Shown here piece by piece: positions 60,847 through 64,000 of a DNA stretch of 64,000 bases. Each line of letters begins with the position of its first letter. Positions within the stretch are counted from its first letter, which is position 1. This DNA comes from Thermosynechococcus sp. Lineage in GTDB: Bacteria; Cyanobacteriota; Cyanobacteriia; Thermosynechococcales; Thermosynechococcaceae. The notes under the pieces were generated by a model, which saw only the letters and a program-made list of their open reading frames with translations, searched no databases and had not been told where the DNA came from. The position numbers were made by a program, and so were the translations under genes. The stretch lies in assembly GCF_046299635.1 (NCBI RefSeq), contig NZ_JBKBHV010000011.1:3082-67081 (forward strand), in the 5' to 3' direction.

Positions 60847-61920
60847 TTAGCGCCAGCGCAGGACTTGCGTTTTTAGGGGGTTGACAAATTCGCGTCCCTC
60901 TTGGGTAGCCTTTTCATACTCCCGCTTGATTTGGTAATACCACTTGGCCTGATAATCTGCTTCTTTAATGAGCGTTAAGGTGGGCTTGTACTTTAGCCCT
61001 TCACTTTGCTTGGCAATAATCCGCAAGTCTTGGTTGAGAAATTCCCGTGCCAAGGGAGCCAGCAATGGCTTGAGGGGGGCAAGCCACGGAAATGTCCAGT
61101 AGTAGGTGGCCGTGAGTTCTGTTTCGTGGTCATTGATGGGAGTCAGGGTAATCAGAAAACAAAAGGTGTGGCGATCGCTATAATTAGTCTCGATGCGAAT
61201 CCCCGGCAGCCGATAGATAATTTCCACCTCCGGATGACCACCCAAAATATGGTGCGCCCAAGATTTGCGCAACAGGGGATGGCGGCGCATTGTAAAGCCA
61301 TAGGGCGATGGATCAAAGGTTTTTGCCTTCTCAAAGAGCTTACCCCGCTTGCGCCACCACCACGCCCCATGGACAAAGGGCGCATGGGAGGGATCCATAA
61401 AGTTGATAAAGACTTGGTCAAGATGTCCCGGAAAGATGAATTTCTGCACCGCTTGGGGTTGAGTCTCGGCACTAAATCCGGGCACCAAGGGCACCTCTAT
61501 ACTCGGTTCACTGCTGTCACGCTCCTTTGCAGGAAAAAATATCCACAGATTCCCCTGTACCTCACGCACTGGATAGCTAAAGACGCCAAAGTGTTTCAAA
61601 TCCACATCACTGTCACTGGTCAGGGAGGGAATTAAGGTGCAGTGGCCATGGGCATTAAAGCGCCAACCATGATAGGGACACTCCACTTCCTCCCCATCAA
61701 AGCGACCATAGTGCAGGGGAATGCCACGGTGCGGGCAAAGATTGCGCAGGGCAAAAGGTTTACCCGAAGTGGTACGACAAAATAGGATGGGTTCCCCTAG
61801 GAGTACTTTGGCTTGACACTGACCCGGCTTGAGATCAGCGGCGGGCAGGCCATAGTACCAGATGTTGCGCAGGAAGTTGCTGCCCTCATGGAGAGAGAAG
61901 GGGGTGCTGCTAGACCTCAT
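60847..61920 (-). CDS. Rieske [2Fe-2S] non-haem-iron oxygenase (PAO/Tic55-like)
   Basis: 357-aa ORF with the Rieske motif CPHRGIPLHYG...CPYHGWRF. The downstream mononuclear-iron region includes FMDPSHAPFVH. Confidence 0.8.
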   Translation of the reverse strand: MRSSSTPFSLHEGSNFLRNIWYYGLPAADLKPGQCQAKVLLGEPILFCRTTSGKPFALRNLCPHRGIPLHYGRFDGEEVECPYHGWRFNAHGHCTLIPSLTSDSDVDLKHFGVFSYPVREVQGNLWIFFPAKERDSSEPSIEVPLVPGFSAETQPQAVQKFIFPGHLDQVFINFMDPSHAPFVHGAWWWRKRGKLFEKAKTFDPSPYGFTMRRHPLLRKSWAHHILGGHPEVEIIYRLPGIRIETNYSDRHTFCFLITLTPINDHETELTATYYWTFPWLAPLKPLLAPLAREFLNQDLRIIAKQSEGLKYKPTLTLIKEADYQAKWYYQIKREYEKATQEGREFVNPLKTQVLRWR

Positions 61921-61995
61921 CGAAGACCTCCGAAAGACACCTGCGTTGGAGCATGGCGGGGGAGTTGAGTTAGCGCTTCCCCCATCCTATTAAAC

Positions 61996-63039
61996 CTACA
62001 TTGCAGCTGTCCTCAAGTCTGACACATACCGCAGCAAGATTCCCTTCTGACCAATGATGAACCCTTGATCGGGACTAAAAAAGAGAATTTTATAAAAGTT
62101 GGAGGGGACTTTTTTCACGTCCACATCCTGCTGCCACGTTTGACCCCCATCTTGGCTGCACAGCAGTACCCCGGCACCCCCCGCCAGCCATACTTCATTG
62201 GGTGTGCGATAGGCAAGATCAAGAAAGCCGACACTATTACGACGCAGAGGGCTGAGCAGTTCTCCCCAGTTCTGCGAATTGTCTGGATCAGAGAAAGCAA
62301 TTTTACCGCCATTGACAATCATCCAGAGGCGACCATCGGGGGTAAAGCCCATATTGTGGACACGACGGGAGGTGGTGCGATTGTGAGGTTCCCATGCCGT
62401 TTGTCCTGGTTCCCAAGTGGAATAAAAACTCCCCCGCGAAGAGACGGCCACATACTCACCCGAGGCAGAACGGTTGAGGTTGCGCATGACACCAATGGCT
62501 TCTTGGACTAATGCTTGCCAGTTTTTGCCACTATCTTTGGTACGGTAAATCGCACCGACATCGGTCATCATTTCCGCAGCGCCGTTGCCCAACGCTTTAA
62601 TGAAGCGGGGTGAGCCAGGGAGTTTGGGATTGAGAGGAATTTGACTCCAAGACTGGCCGCCGTCAGTCGTGTGGAGCATAATTGGTGGGTCACCGACAAT
62701 CCAGCCTTCGTTGCCTTGAAAGCTAATGCTGTTGAAGCGATAGTCCGGATTATCTAAAACCAAGGTACGCGGCTCCCAAGTTTGGCCAGCGTCGCGCGTT
62801 TCCATGAGTGTAGCATTAGCACCCACCAACCAACCATGATTGCGGTCAATAAAACTCATATCGAGAATCGTTGAGGTTGTTGGCAGTTGGATCGCTTCCC
62901 AAGGGTTATAGTCCAAGGCCGGAATGGCAAGGGCAGAGGCACTGAGGTTCACCCAGAGGACAACGGTCACTAGTAGCCAATGTAGGAACTTAATTCCTTT
63001 CATTTTTTGCCAATGAATGTCAATTTGTTTAGCGAACAT
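61996..63039 (-). CDS. ycf48: Photosystem II assembly factor Ycf48 (HCF136)
   Basis: 347-aa beta-propeller protein with repeated DGGQSW/DAGQTW/DSGKNW blades and a signal sequence. Alternative start M at 63003. Confidence 0.9.
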   Translation of the reverse strand: MFAKQIDIHWQKMKGIKFLHWLLVTVVLWVNLSASALAIPALDYNPWEAIQLPTTSTILDMSFIDRNHGWLVGANATLMETRDAGQTWEPRTLVLDNPDYRFNSISFQGNEGWIVGDPPIMLHTTDGGQSWSQIPLNPKLPGSPRFIKALGNGAAEMMTDVGAIYRTKDSGKNWQALVQEAIGVMRNLNRSASGEYVAVSSRGSFYSTWEPGQTAWEPHNRTTSRRVHNMGFTPDGRLWMIVNGGKIAFSDPDNSQNWGELLSPLRRNSVGFLDLAYRTPNEVWLAGGAGVLLCSQDGGQTWQQDVDVKKVPSNFYKILFFSPDQGFIIGQKGILLRYVSDLRTAAM

Positions 63040-63364
63040 TATAGAAACTCAGTAGAAAAAGAACGGCAAGAGCAAGACCACCAAAAATGAGGATATTCTT
63101 TTGGCTGGGGGTAAGGCGATTCACACCGAAGCCATAGTTCAGATTTTCCTTGAAGCCTGAGGGGGATCCCACAGGCCCTATGTTGCTAAATTGCTTTTTC
63201 GGGGCACTGCACACTGGACACCGCCAGTTCACAGGCAGATCAGCAAAGGCTGTCCCCGGCGGAATCGAGCGATTCTCGTCTCCCTTGGCGGGTTCATAAA
63301 TGTAGCCGCAGGCACGGCACTCAAACCGATCCAAGGGGGCAACATCGGTGGTTTCGGTGGTCAT
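63029..63364 (-). CDS. rubA: Membrane-anchored rubredoxin RubA
   Basis: 111-aa ORF. CRACGYIYEP...WRCPVCSAPKKQF plus a C-terminal TM helix. It sits immediately upstream of ycf48, as in other cyanobacteria. Confidence 0.9.
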   Translation of the reverse strand: MTTETTDVAPLDRFECRACGYIYEPAKGDENRSIPPGTAFADLPVNWRCPVCSAPKKQFSNIGPVGSPSGFKENLNYGFGVNRLTPSQKNILIFGGLALAVLFLLSFYNVR

Positions 63365-63712
63365 ACCTCAGAAATTTTTAAGATTTGCGACATACATCTT
63401 AATGTTACGGGATTTAGGGGCGTTTCTTGTGACAACGATAGGGGAGTTTTCAGGACAATACTACGAGAGTCTAAGGCATGTAACGAAAGATCAGACCGCT
63501 GTAACATAAATATAAAGAAAAGATTAGGAAAGTCCCCCTTTCCAGCAAAGTGACGCCATGATAGAGGTATTCAATTGAGGTCAGCCCATATAGACCTTAA
63601 CCTTAAATCTCCTTTAATATTCCGTAGAATGCTGGCTTCCATATAAGCTAAGGGAGGCTGGCATTTTACTATTGGGGGTAAAATAGGGGCTTGTGTTTTC
63701 TACTGCTCGCCT

Positions 63713-64000
63713 GTGACTCCCACGTTGTGTTGGCACTATCCACCCCTACAGAAAGGAATTCTCTGTCGTCGCTATCAGCGATTTTTTGCGGAGATTGAGT
63801 TAACTTCTGGCGATCGCATTACAGCCCACTGTCCCAATACAGGGCCAATGACAGGGATTTGCCAAGTGGGTGCGCCCGTACAGGTCTCCTACCATGCTGA
63901 CCCCAAGCGCAAGCTGGCCTATACGTGGGAGATGATTTTTGTGGATGGCACTTGGGTAGGGGTGAATACGAGTTTGCCCAATCGGGTGATTGCTTCAGCA
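63713..64000 (+). CDS. sfsA: Sugar fermentation stimulation protein SfsA, N-terminal part (runs off window end)
   Basis: My translation gives ...YPPLQKGILCRRYQRFFAEIELTSGDRITAHCPNTGPMTGICQVGAPVQVSY...WVGVNTSLPNRV. It is not in the ORF track because it is open-ended. The start (GTG 63713) is uncertain. Confidence 0.8.
   Translation, partial: MTPTLCWHYPPLQKGILCRRYQRFFAEIELTSGDRITAHCPNTGPMTGICQVGAPVQVSYHADPKRKLAYTWEMIFVDGTWVGVNTSLPNRVIASA

Overview
This window reads as a chromosomal segment of a unicellular cyanobacterium. The evidence is dozens of copies of the HIP1 octamer GCGATCGC, a complete phycocyanin operon, psbZ, ycf48/rubA, vipp1, a CurT-like gene, prk and ppc. The gene order cpcB-A-C-D-E-F followed by three tandem cpcG genes, and the PsbZ sequence, recall Thermosynechococcus. 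That assignment is from memory only; no search was run. I can support about 70 protein-coding genes, 4 tRNAs (Thr-GGU, Phe-GAA, Gln-UUG, Lys-UUU), no rRNA and no CRISPR array. Most of the window is ordinary core genome: photosynthesis, carbon metabolism, translation/transcription factors, SMC and cofactor genes. Two short stretches look accessory or decayed. At 49.5-52.5 kb there is a disrupted class-I glutamine amidotransferase gene carrying a small AT-rich insert, plus a frameshifted IS200/IS605-type tnpB relic lying between the CurT-like gene and ffh. At 56.2-56.9 kb a second tnpB fragment splits a TroA/BtuF-like binding-protein gene next to tRNA-Phe. Other points worth a look are a GAPDH-ArsJ arsenate-detoxification pair, two orphan SPPY-motif DNA methyltransferases, a PilZ-bearing cellulose-synthase-like gene, a decayed Uma2 gene, a probably decayed TauE gene, and several unusually clean hairpins and tandem repeats. 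I did not find convincing evidence for a novel multi-gene system. The tnpB relic regions are the least explained sequence. All protein calls were made by eye from translated ORFs and motifs and need database confirmation.
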